A stretch of DNA of 64,000 nt from an uncultured Gammaproteobacteria bacterium (GTDB lineage: Bacteria; Pseudomonadota; Gammaproteobacteria; CAWCPV01), in contig CAWCPV010000016.1 of NCBI GenBank assembly GCA_963797555.1, forward strand, positions 160,411 through 224,410. Reading direction: 5' to 3'. The stretch's first letter is position 1; each line of letters opens with the position of its first letter. The position numbers and the translations under genes were made by a program. The notes beneath the pieces were generated by a model. It did not search any database. It was not told the DNA's origin and saw only the letters and a program-made list of their open reading frames with translations. Positions 21,776 to 33,512 of the stretch are shown here, in pieces.

Positions 21776-22616
21776 TGCGCGTCTCCGACCGATTGCGCGA
21801 ATTATAGACCTCGCGTCGGGCCATCTACCTGGCGGCGCCGGTGCGCCGGGCCGCCTATCGAAAGCTTTCGCGACACAGCCAGATCCCGAAATGCTCCGCG
21901 ATGGGCGCTCGTGCCTCCGGACCGGCACGCCTCTCGGGGATGACCGCCTTCGAGCACAGAGCGAACGAGCCCTGGGGGTTGGAGTAGGCTATGGCCCGCG
22001 GCAGACCGAAGAAGCCCGCGCCCGCCCCGCCTTCGGACGCAGACCAAACGAACTGGATTTATGGCAAGGGCGCTGACCCCGGGGCAGACTCCGATTCAGT
22101 GTGAGCTAGCCCCCAACGAAGCCTCCCTTCTTCCAGTCGTGGTTAGCATCGGCTCCAGGGGTAAACGCATGTCAAACGTCATTCCAACGAGCGCCCGGCG
22201 TGCATCGTATGGTCCGCAAGGGTTGTGAGGAACCATCGGTCTGCGCGCCCAACCCGACGGTCTGTTCACGACTCACAACCGTCATTCACGTCGGGCACGA
22301 ATCGGCAGCAACGTGGCGGAGAGCCGACATAGGGATGCAGTGCACCCAGCGGAACGCAGAAATGGGTTCCGGGCCCGACACCCAACGACGATAGCCCCGG
22401 CGCCGTGGGCCGGCCTGAGTGCGAGGAGTGCGCCGACCATAGCCCGCCTATAACCTGGCAGAAGGCCGGCCGGCGCCGGCACTCAAATCCCACCAGCCTC
22501 GGCAACGGAGCCTGTCCGCAACGGGGACGACAACGTTCGCGCCGCTCGCCGGGAAATCCCCCAACCGCGCCGCCCACTGGCGCGGCGGTCAGCGTACCGA
22601 AACCTCTTGCTTCCTG

Positions 22617-22637
22617 ATATTGTGCAGCGCACAATAT
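22617..22637. promoter_or_regulatory. Palindromic operator, PhaR-type
   Basis: Perfect ATATTGTGC-AGC-GCACAATAT about 60 bp upstream of the phasin. TGC-N3-GCA cores are typical PhaR sites. Confidence 0.65.
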
Positions 22638-22696
22638 TCCCGGTAGCCTACTTTTTCTACCAGTGTCTCTCGCAGGGAGACGAAGGAGCAGAAGCC

Positions 22697-23098
22697 ATGA
22701 ACACCGAGACAGTCCTTCCGTGGGAGCAGTTCGCCAAGGCTAGCCAGGCAGTGGTCGAGTCGATGACACGCCTTCAGCAGATTGGAGCGCGCAGTGTGGA
22801 GCGCCTGGCACAGCAGCAGATGGGTGCGGCGAGCGATCTGTTCGAACTGGGGGTGCGGCAAATCGAGGCACTCAGCAACGTCCAAGGCCCCGAAGATCTT
22901 TGGACGGTACAGACCCGCTTCGCCACGCAAGTGGGGGAGAAGTGGATGGCTAACGCCGGCAAATTCCTCGATGTCTACCTAGAGAACCAGGCCGAGGTTG
23001 GCAGGCTGTTCACGGAGCATATGAGCAACATGACGGCCAAGGGTGCGACCGAAGCCAAGGCTCCGGCCAAGGGTCCGGCCAAGGCCGCGACCGCCTGA
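22697..23098 (+). CDS. Phasin (PHA granule-associated protein)
   Basis: RBS AAGGAG; amphipathic helices VERLAQQQM..ALSNVQGPEDL; Ala/Lys/Pro tail; PhaR-like box upstream. Confidence 0.7.
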   Translation: MNTETVLPWEQFAKASQAVVESMTRLQQIGARSVERLAQQQMGAASDLFELGVRQIEALSNVQGPEDLWTVQTRFATQVGEKWMANAGKFLDVYLENQAEVGRLFTEHMSNMTAKGATEAKAPAKGPAKAATA

Positions 23099-23985
23099 TC
23101 GATTTGCCGATTACTTCGTTCGGCATGTGCGGGCCTCGGGATATCCCGAGGCCCAGTCGTTTGAGCCTCCCGCTGCTTGCCAGAGGCCACTGATCGGATT
23201 GGTGTCACGTAGCGGTTGCTGACCTTCGCCCACCCCGCAGGCCAAGTCAGCGCGGGCCGGCTCATCGCGTAGTCGCCCATTGAGCACCCGCCGCCATGAC
23301 CTGGGCACAATGGCTCGGTATCGGTGTAGAGACCTATCGCCGCTTCGCGAACGCTGGAACGCGAGCCGCGGTGACATTCCGGTGGCCCCCGACGACCACT
23401 CTCTGACTCCGCACAAGATGGATCACTTTATTCAGAGGGTTGACTGAACACCGAGCAGCCGTGTGGGCAGACCGCGCTGGCTTTCCCGGCGGGGTGCCCC
23501 CCAAAAGTAGTCGGAAAAGCCCCCCGTCAGACCCCTCGTCGTATAAGCTCTCCTCTTAGTCCTGGCTCCCGTTGCCCCTCGTCGGCAACTTGCTCGGTAA
23601 GATTGAGTGTCATCGGCTCGCAGCCTTCGCTGCGGTGCGACGTGGCGATCCGCAAGGACGCGTCTATCGCACCGGAGGCGATCCCACCTACGGCAAGACT
23701 GAAGTTTCAAATGCAACGGGTACATGCCCATCGACGCACGCACTGCCCGCCTGTCTGAAGCTTTCCCTCCGCCAGGCTTGACCCGGCTGGACCACACATG
23801 CCACGATTCAGCCCGGCCCGCACAGTCGGGTCACCTATCGGCTATTTGTGAGCGCGGCGGAGACTAGCGACGGCCAGGTCGGCCCCTTTTGCTGCTCCGC
23901 ATCGCCAATTGCCAAAAGCGCTGGCCTCCTGAATCCCTGCCGTCCCCGCGTTTTTTGTTCAGAATCCAAGCCACAGGAGATCACC

Positions 23986-26158
23986 ATGAGTGTGCCGGTG
24001 CTGTCTGCCGACCTCCAACGCATCATCGACGCTCGCCACCACGATCCTTTCGCGGTGCTCGGCCGCCACGAATTGGCGGATGGGCACCTCGAGGTGCGGG
24101 CCTACATCCCCGGCGCCCTGGAGGTGAGCATCGCGGAAGGGGAGCACGTGATGAGCCGGATCCCTGACACCGATCTCTTCGAGTGGAGGGGACCTGCAGG
24201 CTCTGTGCCGCCGCGTTATCGTCTCATCTGGCGCGATGCGAGCCATTTCGAGCACATTGCCCACGACCCATACAGCTTTCCGCCCCAGATCTCGGACTTC
24301 GATCTCCACCTCTTCGGAGAGGGCCGCCACCGCCACGCCCATCGCTTCCTAGGCGCCCGTCACCACGAGGTCGACGGCGTGCCGGGCGTGCTATTCGGCG
24401 TATGGGCACCTAATGCCGAGCGGGTGAGCGTGGTGGGCGACTTCAACCACTGGGATGGGCGCCGCCATCCCATGCGGGTGCGCGGCGGCAGCGGGGTGTG
24501 GGAGCTGTTCATCCCGGACCTGGCCCCGGCCGGCCCGTACAAGTTCGAGATCCGCAACCGCCACACCGGCATGGTGTTCTACAAGTCCGATCCCTACGGG
24601 CGCCATTTCGAGTTGCGGCCCGGCACCGCCTCCATCATGGTCGGACCGAACGCCTACGACTGGCAGGACGGGCACTGGATGGCACAGCGGCGCACCTGGG
24701 CCTGGATGCACGCCCCCATCTCCGTCTACGAGGTGCACCTGGGGTCTTGGCGCCGAGGCCCGGAGGGGGAGTTCCTGAATTACCGGGAGCTTGCCCACCA
24801 GCTCGTCGAGTACGTGAAGGACATGGGCTTCACCCACATCGAGCTGCTGCCCGTTACGGAGCACCCCTACGATCCTTCCTGGGGCTACCAGACCACCGGC
24901 TGCTTCGCCCCCACGAGCCGTTATGGCAGCCCTGACGATTTCCGGTACTTCGTCGATCACTGCCACCGGCACGGCATCGGGGTATTCGTGGACTGGGTCC
25001 CCGCCCATTTCCCCAAGGATGCCCATGGACTCGCGCGCTTCGACGGCAGCGCCCTCTACGAGCACGAGGACCCACGCCGCGGCGAACACCTGGACTGGGC
25101 GACGCTCATCTACAACTATGGCCGCAACGAGGTGAAGAATTTTCTCATCTCGAGCGCGCTGTATTGGCTCGAGGAGTTCCACCTCGATGGCCTGCGGGTG
25201 GATGCCGTGGCCTCCATGCTCTACCTGGATTACTCCCGCACCGAGTGGGTCCCCAACGAGTACGGCGGCCGAGAGAACCTCGAGGCCATCGCCCTGCTGC
25301 GCGGAGCTCAACGAGATCGCTCATGGGGAGTTCCCAGGCGTGCTGGTGATGGCCGAGGAGTCCACTTCCTGGCCCCAGGTCACTCGCCCGACCTACGCGG
25401 GGGGCCTCGGCTTCAGCCTGAAGTGGAACATGGGCTGGATGAACGACACCTTGAGCTACATGAGTCGGGAACCCATTCATCGCCACTACCACCATGACCA
25501 GCTCACCTTCTCCATGCTCTACGCCTTCACGGAGAACTTCCTGCTGCCCCTCTCCCACGACGAGATGGTGCACGGCAAGCAGTCCATGCTCAACAAGATG
25601 CCGGGCGACGAGTGGCAGCGCCACGCCAACCTGCGTCTGTTCTACACGTACCTGTTCGCCCACCCGGGCAAGAAGCTGCTGTTCATGGGAGCCGAGTTCG
25701 GTCAAGGGCGCGAGTGGAGCAGTACCGAGACGCTGGACTGGTACGTCCTGGACTATCCGCTCCATCAGGGGGTGCAGCGGCTCACGCGCGACCTCAACCA
25801 CCTCTATCGCAGCTCCCCGGCGCTGTACAAATACGAGTTCGACTGGAACGGTTTCGCCTGGATCGACTGCCACGACGCCTCCCAGTCGGTGTTGAGCTTC
25901 GTGCGTCAGGCCGACGACGACCTGTTGGTGGTGGTGGTCAACTTCACACCGGTGCCGCGGCACGGTTACCGCATCGGCGTGCCCCGGCCGGGGGTCTACC
26001 GGGAGATCTTCAACTCCGACTCGGCTTACTACGGCGGCAGCAACCTGGGCAATGGCGCTGCCTGGCTTGGGGCCGAGGCCCTACCCTGGATGGGCCGGCA
26101 GTATTCCATCGCACTCACTCTGCCGCCACTTGCGGGCATCATTTTGCACCCCGAGTGA
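23986..26158 (+). CDS. glgB: 1,4-alpha-glucan branching enzyme (frameshift near 25300)
   Basis: [34 protein letters not shown]; then AEESTSW, LSHDE, LTLPPL in the next frame. Confidence 0.93.
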
Positions 26159-26573
26159 TTCGGCTGCTGGCCGGCTGCCAGCCCGCGCGTGGGGGGCAGT
26201 TAGGCCAAGTTGCCGTCACCTTCTTTTTGTCTCGGGCGGCGCACGCCGGTGCGGGACCACGCGCCAGTGGATTGCATCCTTGCGGGAGCGTTTGTAGACC
26301 AGCAAGTCCGGGGTCCGCTGCATCGTGGCGATGCTTGGCTGGCCTTTTGGATGGGCGGCCCGTACCGACGACGGGGGGTAGGTCGACCCGGGTGGACGAG
26401 GAGCTGCGGCGCTTCCCAGGCCGAGGCGCCCCAACCGAAACCGTGATTAAAGGAGATCGTGATGGACCGGACGGCACTGACTCGGAGCATGAACGATTTA
26501 TCGAGGTCCGAGTCGGCTAGCCCGCAACTTGTTACCGGAAACAACGCACCCGGGAGAACGCGGGGCCCCGTCC

Positions 26574-27476
26574 CTAGAGTCCGTCGACGAACACCTGAAT
26601 GCGCCCCACTAGCTCCTGAGCGTAAAGGTCGCGGGAGAACTCGTCGCCACCGTCGATGACGGCGAGCCGGACACGCTTGCCGTCGGTGAGCGGCGCCACG
26701 CGTTGCTGCAAGCTCTTGGTTGCGTCATCGTCGGTTCCGACGACGATCAATACGGGCTTCCTGATCTTGGGGAGCAGCGTCGGCGTATCCAGCCGCGGGT
26801 CGGCATCGTAGTACGAGAGGAAAGTTTCTGCGGTCGCCCGGGTGTCGGGACAGTACAGAAAGTCCACATGGTCGAACACTTTGTTTCCCTGGCCCGCCTT
26901 GACCAGCGCCCGGGCCTGCTCGATGAGAGGTGCGAGCGCTCGGTTATAGCGGTGCTGGTAATCGGCAGCGACCGAGGCCGGATCCCAGGTCTGCGGATCC
27001 ACCAGGACCACACCTTCCACCACCGGGTCGTCCCGTTCGGCCGCGAACCACGCCGTCTGATCGCCGCCGCGGGAGACTCCCAGCAGGACAACCTTCTTGA
27101 CACCTTGGCTCTTAAGCCATTCCAGCCACCCGCCGATCTCGTCCAGCGCGTCGGTGTGCTTGTGCCGGTGGGGGGTCAGGCAATCGTACATGCCGTGTCG
27201 ATTGTTGAGGCCCAGGCTCAGGTTGATGGCCAGAGTGCTGATTCCCTTGCCCTTGAGCTGATCCTGCAGGGCGGCCATGAGGTACGTCCCGTTGTGCGTC
27301 AGGGAGCCGTGTGTCATAAGCACTACGGGCCCGGACGACCACTCACCCCCGGCCCGATCGAGGCTGGCGTTGAGGATAAAGCCACCGTGCCGGATCTCGA
27401 CTTCTTCAGCCCGCAACCAGAGGCCGGGAATCAGCAGGAGGGTGAGGCACAGGCCGCATGCCCGGCTGCCGTTCAT
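26574..27476 (-). CDS. Exported alpha/beta hydrolase
   Basis: Signal peptide, THG oxyanion region, GVSRG (GxSxG) and KPVLIVVGTDD. Confidence 0.8.
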   Translation of the reverse strand: MNGSRACGLCLTLLLIPGLWLRAEEVEIRHGGFILNASLDRAGGEWSSGPVVLMTHGSLTHNGTYLMAALQDQLKGKGISTLAINLSLGLNNRHGMYDCLTPHRHKHTDALDEIGGWLEWLKSQGVKKVVLLGVSRGGDQTAWFAAERDDPVVEGVVLVDPQTWDPASVAADYQHRYNRALAPLIEQARALVKAGQGNKVFDHVDFLYCPDTRATAETFLSYYDADPRLDTPTLLPKIRKPVLIVVGTDDDATKSLQQRVAPLTDGKRVRLAVIDGGDEFSRDLYAQELVGRIQVFVDGL

Positions 27477-27574
27477 GGAGGTTTATCCTTTCGATCTCGG
27501 AGATCGAAGTCGATCGGGGAGACAGTAACCGGGGCGCTGCCGCTGTGATGACACACCCCGTAGGGGAGGACGCG

Positions 27575-27718
27575 GGGCTTGTGAAGAGATCGTCGCGAGC
27601 GGGCCTAGAGCGACGCGCGCGGAGGCGCAGCGAACGAGACATCTCGCGTAGATAGGCGAGGAGCGAGTACCGCACGACGCCGCTATCGGGAGGTGCAGCA
27701 ACCTTATTCGCCAAGCTC
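27575..27718 (-). repeat. MITE family copy
   Basis: GGGCTTGTGAAGAGA...CTTATTCGCCAAGCTC ends; interior matches the reverse complement of 60929-61145. Confidence 0.8.
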
Positions 27719-27882
27719 TCAGGCCCCACGGGGACCCGACCCCTGCACGGTAACCCTTCTGACTCCGTAGGCGCCACGATGGCTGCGGGCGCGAGCGCCG
27801 CCGTAATGCCGTAATTCAGCGTGCGTGCAGCGCGTCCCTGTACCAGGAGCCTGCGATGCGGCGCACCCCACTGGTTCGTGCA

Positions 27883-28266
27883 TCATTCCGCCCACGGCCA
27901 GGGCGTGACGCGGCTCGGCTCACGCTCTGCGATCAGCGTGGCATAGAGGCTATTGTAGTCGGCCTTGGATGTTGCGCAGAACACCCCATGCCAATGGTCA
28001 CCGCTTCTGCCGACGGCCACCGTCCAGCTTCCGCCCGAATAGGCCCAACCCTCCTGGGGAAGCCAGCTCATGGGCGACTCCCGGCTGTAGGCTGTCGCGA
28101 GTGCGTTGAACATGGCGCACACCGCCTGACAGAACTGTGTGGTCAGCGCGGCGATATCCTGAGGGATATCCACTCTTGCCTTGTAGGCGATGAGTTGACC
28201 GTCCTGCGCGAACTCGAAGGCGACGATGACCCCGGGAACTTCCAGAAGCTCGTCCATTGATGCCAT
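27883..28266 (-). CDS. DUF2173-like (roadblock-type) protein
   Basis: MDELLEVPGV..AFEF..DG.L..YK; W.PQEGWAYSGG.WTVAVG; ADYNSL. Confidence 0.7.
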   Translation of the reverse strand: MASMDELLEVPGVIVAFEFAQDGQLIAYKARVDIPQDIAALTTQFCQAVCAMFNALATAYSRESPMSWLPQEGWAYSGGSWTVAVGRSGDHWHGVFCATSKADYNSLYATLIAEREPSRVTPWPWAE

Positions 28267-28509
28267 GTTCCACCCCCTCGGCGGATACCGTGTCCGAATG
28301 GGCCTTGACCGTAATTCCGTGCCGAACCCGACCCCGAAGGTCGGGTCTCCTTCCGACTCTGTCCTGCCAGGTCAGTATAGATCGGGTCCGCTCACGCGGC
28401 CCGCATCAGTCTTACCCGATCGCTCGGACGAGGTGCTGCTCGGCCCTTTCCCGCACGACTGGCGGCCTCAAACCCCACCGGCGGACAACAGCCAAGCTTT
28501 GACAACTCA

Positions 28510-28694
28510 GAGCCTGTGGAGAAACCGCCGGGCACCCTGCGGGTACCGCTCACATCCTCCGCTCGGAAGGGGCGATGGAGTAAACTCATGTTGCGCGGTG
28601 CTCGGTCGTCGCCTATCGACTGGACAGCTCTCGTCGTTTGCGCTGCGTGTTGCCTCGGTCTCGGGCCGCTCGCGACGATTTCGTCGCGTGCCTC
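28510..28694 (+). repeat. Degenerate MITE copy with extra internal segment
   Basis: TCA|GAGCCTGTGGAGAAA end; GTTGCGCGGTGCTCG..TCGCCTATC...CTCGGGCCGCTCGCGACGATTT. Confidence 0.65.
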
Positions 28695-28762
28695 AGTCGA
28701 GAGATGCCACGGAAGCGGTTTCGATATCCTGGCAGGGCAACCATCGAAACAGGAGGGTTGGA

Positions 28763-29035
28763 ATGATCAGCGTACGTCCTGTGGACGACACAACGTTCGA
28801 GGTCACGGTCCAGGCGCACGCCACCACGACGCATACGGTCACGTTGAGCCTGGACTACTACCGGAAGCTAACCGCAGGACGCGTCCCGCCCGAAGTCCTC
28901 GTAGAGAAGTCCTTCGAGTTTCTGCTGGAGCGTGAGGGCAACACCAGCATTCTCCGACGCTTTGACCTGCCGATCATCGGCCGTTATTTTCCCGAGTACG
29001 AGCGGACCGTCCGGTCCATGCTGTCGCTCGCCTAA
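28763..29035 (+). CDS. Hypothetical protein (90 aa)
   Basis: RBS AGGAGG; FEVTV..TTHTVT..LVEKSFEFLLEREGNTSILRRFDL..I.RYFPEYE. Confidence 0.7.
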   Translation: MISVRPVDDTTFEVTVQAHATTTHTVTLSLDYYRKLTAGRVPPEVLVEKSFEFLLEREGNTSILRRFDLPIIGRYFPEYERTVRSMLSLA

Positions 29036-29139
29036 GTCCGCCAAGCCGGCGAGATGGGAACGGGTGCGTTGACAGAGCCCACGATGCGGTCTATACACCT
29101 TCGTTACGGCGATGGGGTTCGTCGCCGAGGAGGTGTGTC

Positions 29140-29349
29140 ATGAGAATCGAAATCACTGACCCCATCTCGGGGCGCGATGTTAAGGACTTGGAGCACGCGC
29201 CGTACGTGGTCGAGGGTGACCTGAAGATCTTCTTCGAGTCGGAGGACACCAAACGGGCATACCTGGACATCGAGGTGGAACATCCCGGCGAAGACTTCGA
29301 GCACAGCCTGGACAACCCAGCCGCAATGGGTCCGGGAGACCGCCGGTAG
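29140..29349 (+). CDS. Small acidic hypothetical protein (YHS-like pattern)
   Basis: RBS GAGGAGG; TDPISG..V...PYVVEG.LKIFFESEDTKRAY. Confidence 0.6.
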   Translation: MRIEITDPISGRDVKDLEHAPYVVEGDLKIFFESEDTKRAYLDIEVEHPGEDFEHSLDNPAAMGPGDRR

Positions 29350-29565
29350 CCGGCTGTCGTCGCGCCGGCTGGGAGGCAAATCGCTCACCCCCTTAGCCAG
29401 AAACCGCCAGGCCCGCCACAAGCCACGGAAGGCGCGCGGCGCAGAGGTGAGAACCCGTTTAGCGCACGGCGCTAGCCAACCCACCGGCGTCAAGCCAGTG
29501 CGGGAGCGCGCCGCTCCGCGGTTACTCGCGGCGCCGCCGTGCGGCCGTGCACTGACCGGCGCTCA

Positions 29566-29706
29566 GAGCTTGCGAAGAAATCGTCGCGAGCGGCTCGCGA
29601 GCAGAGCGTACGGAGCGCAGTGACGAGACCTGTCCAGTGGATCGGGGAGGAACGAGCACCGCGCGACGCCGCTACCGGGACACGCAGCGGATTTGTTTAC
29701 GGACTC
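29566..29706 (-). repeat. MITE family copy
   Basis: TCA|GAGCTTGCGAAGAAA...TTTGTTTACGGACTC|TAA. Confidence 0.8.
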
Positions 29707-29710
29707 TAAC

Positions 29711-30139
29711 TCAGTCCTTCTGGTCCCAGCCCACCACGGCCCCATTCTCCAGGGTAATTCTCAGGGCGTACCGGTTCCTTCCCTGGGCGCCGTATTTCCA
29801 GATCTCTTTGCTCTTGGTCTTGAGGACCTGTTTGTCCACGTCGGCGGGCGCGCCCAGGGCGTCTCCCAACTGTTCGGCGGTCTGGCCTACCCAGAAGTAT
29901 CCGTCCATGATCTTCCGCACGAGATTCGCGTCCTGGTATTTGCTCTCCAATCGAGACAGCCGCCTCCTGTGCCGGAATACCCGGTAGGAGAAGTACAGGG
30001 TGAAGCTGCCGGCCAGGACCAAAAGCGGTATCGTAATCCCGACCCTTTCGAAGAACCTCACGCTGCCGGCGATCACCGCCCCGGCAAGCAGAAGCAGAGC
30101 CATGGCCCAACGCCATCGAGTGGTGCGCCTTCTTCCCAT
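29711..30139 (-). CDS. Membrane protein with SmpA/BamE-like small domain
   Basis: Two hydrophobic segments, then WVGQTAEQLGDALGAP..EIWKY..ITLENGAVVGW. Confidence 0.6.
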   Translation of the reverse strand: MGRRRTTRWRWAMALLLLAGAVIAGSVRFFERVGITIPLLVLAGSFTLYFSYRVFRHRRRLSRLESKYQDANLVRKIMDGYFWVGQTAEQLGDALGAPADVDKQVLKTKSKEIWKYGAQGRNRYALRITLENGAVVGWDQKD

Positions 30140-30710
30140 TCAGGCTTTCCTCCCCCCCTTCAGCCGAGCGCGGTCGTCCACAAAGGGATCCTCTCCAGCG
30201 CCGTCCGCCAGCGCCGTCAATGTACCAGGCACGGCCTCCCTTTCACATATGGGATCGCGCGAGAATGCTCAAACAGGACAGACAACGATGGACAGGCACC
30301 TATCGCGGCGCAATGGCCGAGCGGCGCTCACGCGGCTTGCCGAGGGCGCGGATGGTCGGCGCCGCGGCCGAGCGCGCAAGAATTCCGGCCCCAGGCTGTC
30401 AAAGACTCAAGCGCGCAGACCGATAACACCGATACATGCCCTTGTTTCCGGGTTCAACGCCGGCCGACCGCACCGTGGAGTTCCGGGGAGCGTCGGTCGC
30501 GCCGAAGCGGTAACTCAAGCGCGGACCCCTATCTCCTCCTCTGCTCTCTTCTCACCGCAGTTCCTTCCGACTGCGTGCTGGCACTGCATTTGGAGACCGG
30601 GTGAAGCCAAGCTGATGGAGTGAAGTGCATACCCCATTTTCACGAGAGGAAGCACAAATGAAGAGGTTCAGAAGGTGGAGGCAGCATTCCTCCGTTGTCC
30701 TCTCTACACT

Positions 30711-32035
30711 GCAGAACTCCTGACTTGGCGCTAAATTCAATGCGACTGGACGGTGTCGTAGACCAGGCGCAGGTGGGTGCCAGGGTATTTCATCTGCTGG
30801 GTATTCAGATATTCGCAAAGAGCGATGATAGCTTGTTGAGATCGATTATTGGCCAAGCCGTAGAGACGCACCCGCAATTCATGGCGCTGGTAATCCGGGA
30901 TAATATCGCCGGGTAAGCAGAACACGGCTTTGAGGAAGGCGCGAACTTCGTCGTCGTGGCGCACGAAAAAGGGTTCGACAATGCTCGCGAGACAACTCTC
31001 ACTGCGATAAGCGACGACCTTGATGAGCTGGGTAATGGTTTTTCGTTCGCGTTCGTGATGTACGATCTTGTCCGCCTCATAAATGCTCTTCAATGGCACG
31101 CGCTTTTCCATCGCGTTGATGCGTTCGCTGAGTTGCTCGCATTGCCTTTCCAATCGTTCGATGGCCTCTGTCGCCTTCTCTTGCTTCGCCGTCGATGCCC
31201 TGTTACGTTGGTGCTTGCCACGCTGGGCGTAGGCTCTGCCGAGCTGCGCCTTGGTTGCCTGGAGCGATTTTATCAGCGCTCGGCGCTCAGGATTGGGAAC
31301 CATCCGCTCAGGATCGGCTGGTTCGGTGGCATAGGTGCTCAAGTGGTCGATGTTGAATTCGTCCTGCAGGTATTTGAAGAAGTTCTCTTGGCGCCAACGG
31401 CCGAACATGCGATGGGCGATCTCTGCGGCAGGTAAGTCCTGCCGGGTCGTCAGGATCGCGCTCTGATGTCCGTTTTTGCATAAGCGGCGGATCTCGCGCA
31501 TCCACAAGGCGGGTTGTTTGCGATTGGCAGCGATGACCTGCACGCTGCACTCGGCCAGACTATAGGTCACAGACTTACCGTGGTGCTCGACGCTTAAGGG
31601 GCGGAAGTCCTCCGGGTCCCAGGGCGTTTGTTTACCCTTGCGATACGTGATGACTTCGGCCCCTTGGCTGTGCCACTGCTGGAAGGACTGGGGGCTCCAA
31701 GCCTCACGGTCAAACACCAAGGTCAGCGTCCGGTCGGGGCCGATCTGCTGGCGCGCCTGGGGAATGACCTCCTGCTCGATCAGCGCCAAGAGGTGTCCAT
31801 TGAGGGGGCTGGTGACGAAGAACACCGGCTCGGCCGCTCCGTTATGCACCCAAACATCCGTCGAGGCGGGCAGACACTGGCGGCGTTTCTGCACCAACGT
31901 CTTAGGCAGCGGATGCTTGCGCCCCGTGTAGGCATGGACGTGACCGTCGACGTACAGTATGCCCAGCTCATCGGGCTCCCCCTGCGCCCACTGGGCGGTC
32001 AACGCCGCGGCGAGTTGCGCCGCCTGTTGGCGAGC
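30711..32035 (-). mobile_element. Unclassified DDE transposase element, 5' part removed
   Basis: LYVDGH..Y, LVFDRE.WS and MFGRWRQENFFKY (DDE/YREK-like). Stop at 30737; putative end CAGAACTCCTGAC at 30711. Confidence 0.75.
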
Positions 32036-33204
32036 TCCGGTGTCTGGTCTCCTAGCCCTTGATGCCGGCGTCGTTGATTGTAGAAAGTGAAGTACCGGCC
32101 GAGTTGGCGCTTGGCGTCCAGGATCGACTCGTACGCCTTCAGATACACTTCTTCGTACTTCACGCTGCGCCACAGCCTCTCGACAAAAACGTTATCTATC
32201 CAGCGCCCGCGTCCGTCCATACTGATGCGGATGTCATGAGCCAGGAGCGCGCTCGTGAAATCCTTGTCGGTGAACTGGCTGCCCTGGTCGGTATTGAAGA
32301 TCTCGGGGCGTCCGTGGAGCATGAGCGCCTCTTCCAGCGCCTCCATACAGAAGGAGGTGTCCATGCAGTTGGAAAGCCGCCAGGCCAGCACCCGGCGCGA
32401 GCACCAATCGATGATCGCCACCAGATAGGCAAAGCCCTTGGCCAGGGGAATGTACGTGATGTCCGTAGCCCAGACCTGGTTGGGTCGGGTGACCACTACA
32501 TCACGCTAGCCAAGTAAGGCCATACCTTGTGGCCGGGGTGCGCATCCGAGAGCCGCGGCTTGCGGTACAACGCCTCGATTCCCATCTTGTCCCTCAATGT
32601 CTGGACGTGGCGCCGGCCGACCTCGAAGCCCTCGTCGCGCAACGCCCCGCGCATGCGCCGGCTGCCATAGAACGGGTGCTTTAGGTGCAGCTCGTCGATT
32701 GCCCGCATCAGCGCCAGATCCCGCGCCGACACCGCCACCGCCCGGTAGTACTGGGATGAGCGCGAGAGCCCCAGGAGCTGGCACTGCCGCGTCAGCGGCA
32801 ATTCGGCCACCTTGTCGATCATCGCTTTGTCGCATCGCCGATGCGACCGAGCGCGACGGACAAAAAATCGTTCTCCAGCGTCAGCTGCCCGATCTTCGCC
32901 TGCATGTCCTTCACCGACGGCCCCGATTCGGACTTGCGTTCCCGCTCGAACACCTCGTCAGCGCGGCTCTGCAACTGCTGCTTCCACGCCAGGATCTGAC
33001 TCTGATGAACCTGAAACTGCGCCGATAACTCCGCCAAGGTCTTGTCGCCCTTGATCGCCGCCAGTGCCACCCTTGCCTTGAATCCCGCTCCATGATTGCG
33101 CCTCTTGCCACTCATTTGCCGCTCCTCTCAATAGCATCGCCATGATAAAGCGGTTCATCCCCTACCACTTATCCCGCCGTACAGATTTCCGGAGCCAGCT
33201 CTCA
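32036..33204 (-). mobile_element. IS3-family element (orfA 32819-33115; orfB ~32040-32822, frameshifted and 3'-truncated)
   Basis: KRRNHGAGFKARVAL; WATDITY, FNTDQGSQF, DN..VERLWRSVKYE; T6 slippery run at the orfA/orfB junction; 5' end TGAGAGCTGGCTCC on minus. Confidence 0.88.
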
Positions 33205-33512
33205 TGACCGTGGCGGCGGAAATCAGCACGCCGTAGCACTCACATCACACAACCGCCGCGCCGTATGCTCGAACGCCAGCAGGTGAGGCTCGGTGGGATA
33301 GACGGCCAGCACCTTGACGCGCGCCCCGTATTGAACCGGCGCCGCGACCTCCTACCGGGAAGGCGCTGCGATGGGCTTGCCGCAGGCGCAGCGGGCTTCG
33401 AGCGTGCGGTGCTCGGTGACCTCAAGGCGCACTGGCGGCAAGTCGAAGACCTGACGTACCTCGCCCGCGACCTCCCCGGTCCGGGGGCGTCCGCAGGCAT
33501 TGCAGGTCGGCG
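33205..33512 (-). pseudogene. IS66 TnpC fragment
   Basis: C..CG...RQVFDLPPVRLEVTEHR....C.CG....PVQYGARVKVLAVY. Confidence 0.7.

Noticed and set aside
26160-26570. Possible GNAT remnant or small ORF after glgB
   Set aside because: Only a vague LAFWMGGPY resemblance; no coherent frame.
30737-32173. 478-aa ORF as one transposase
   Set aside because: Its N-terminal ~45 aa come from an off-frame IS3 sequence; the real gene is 5'-truncated.
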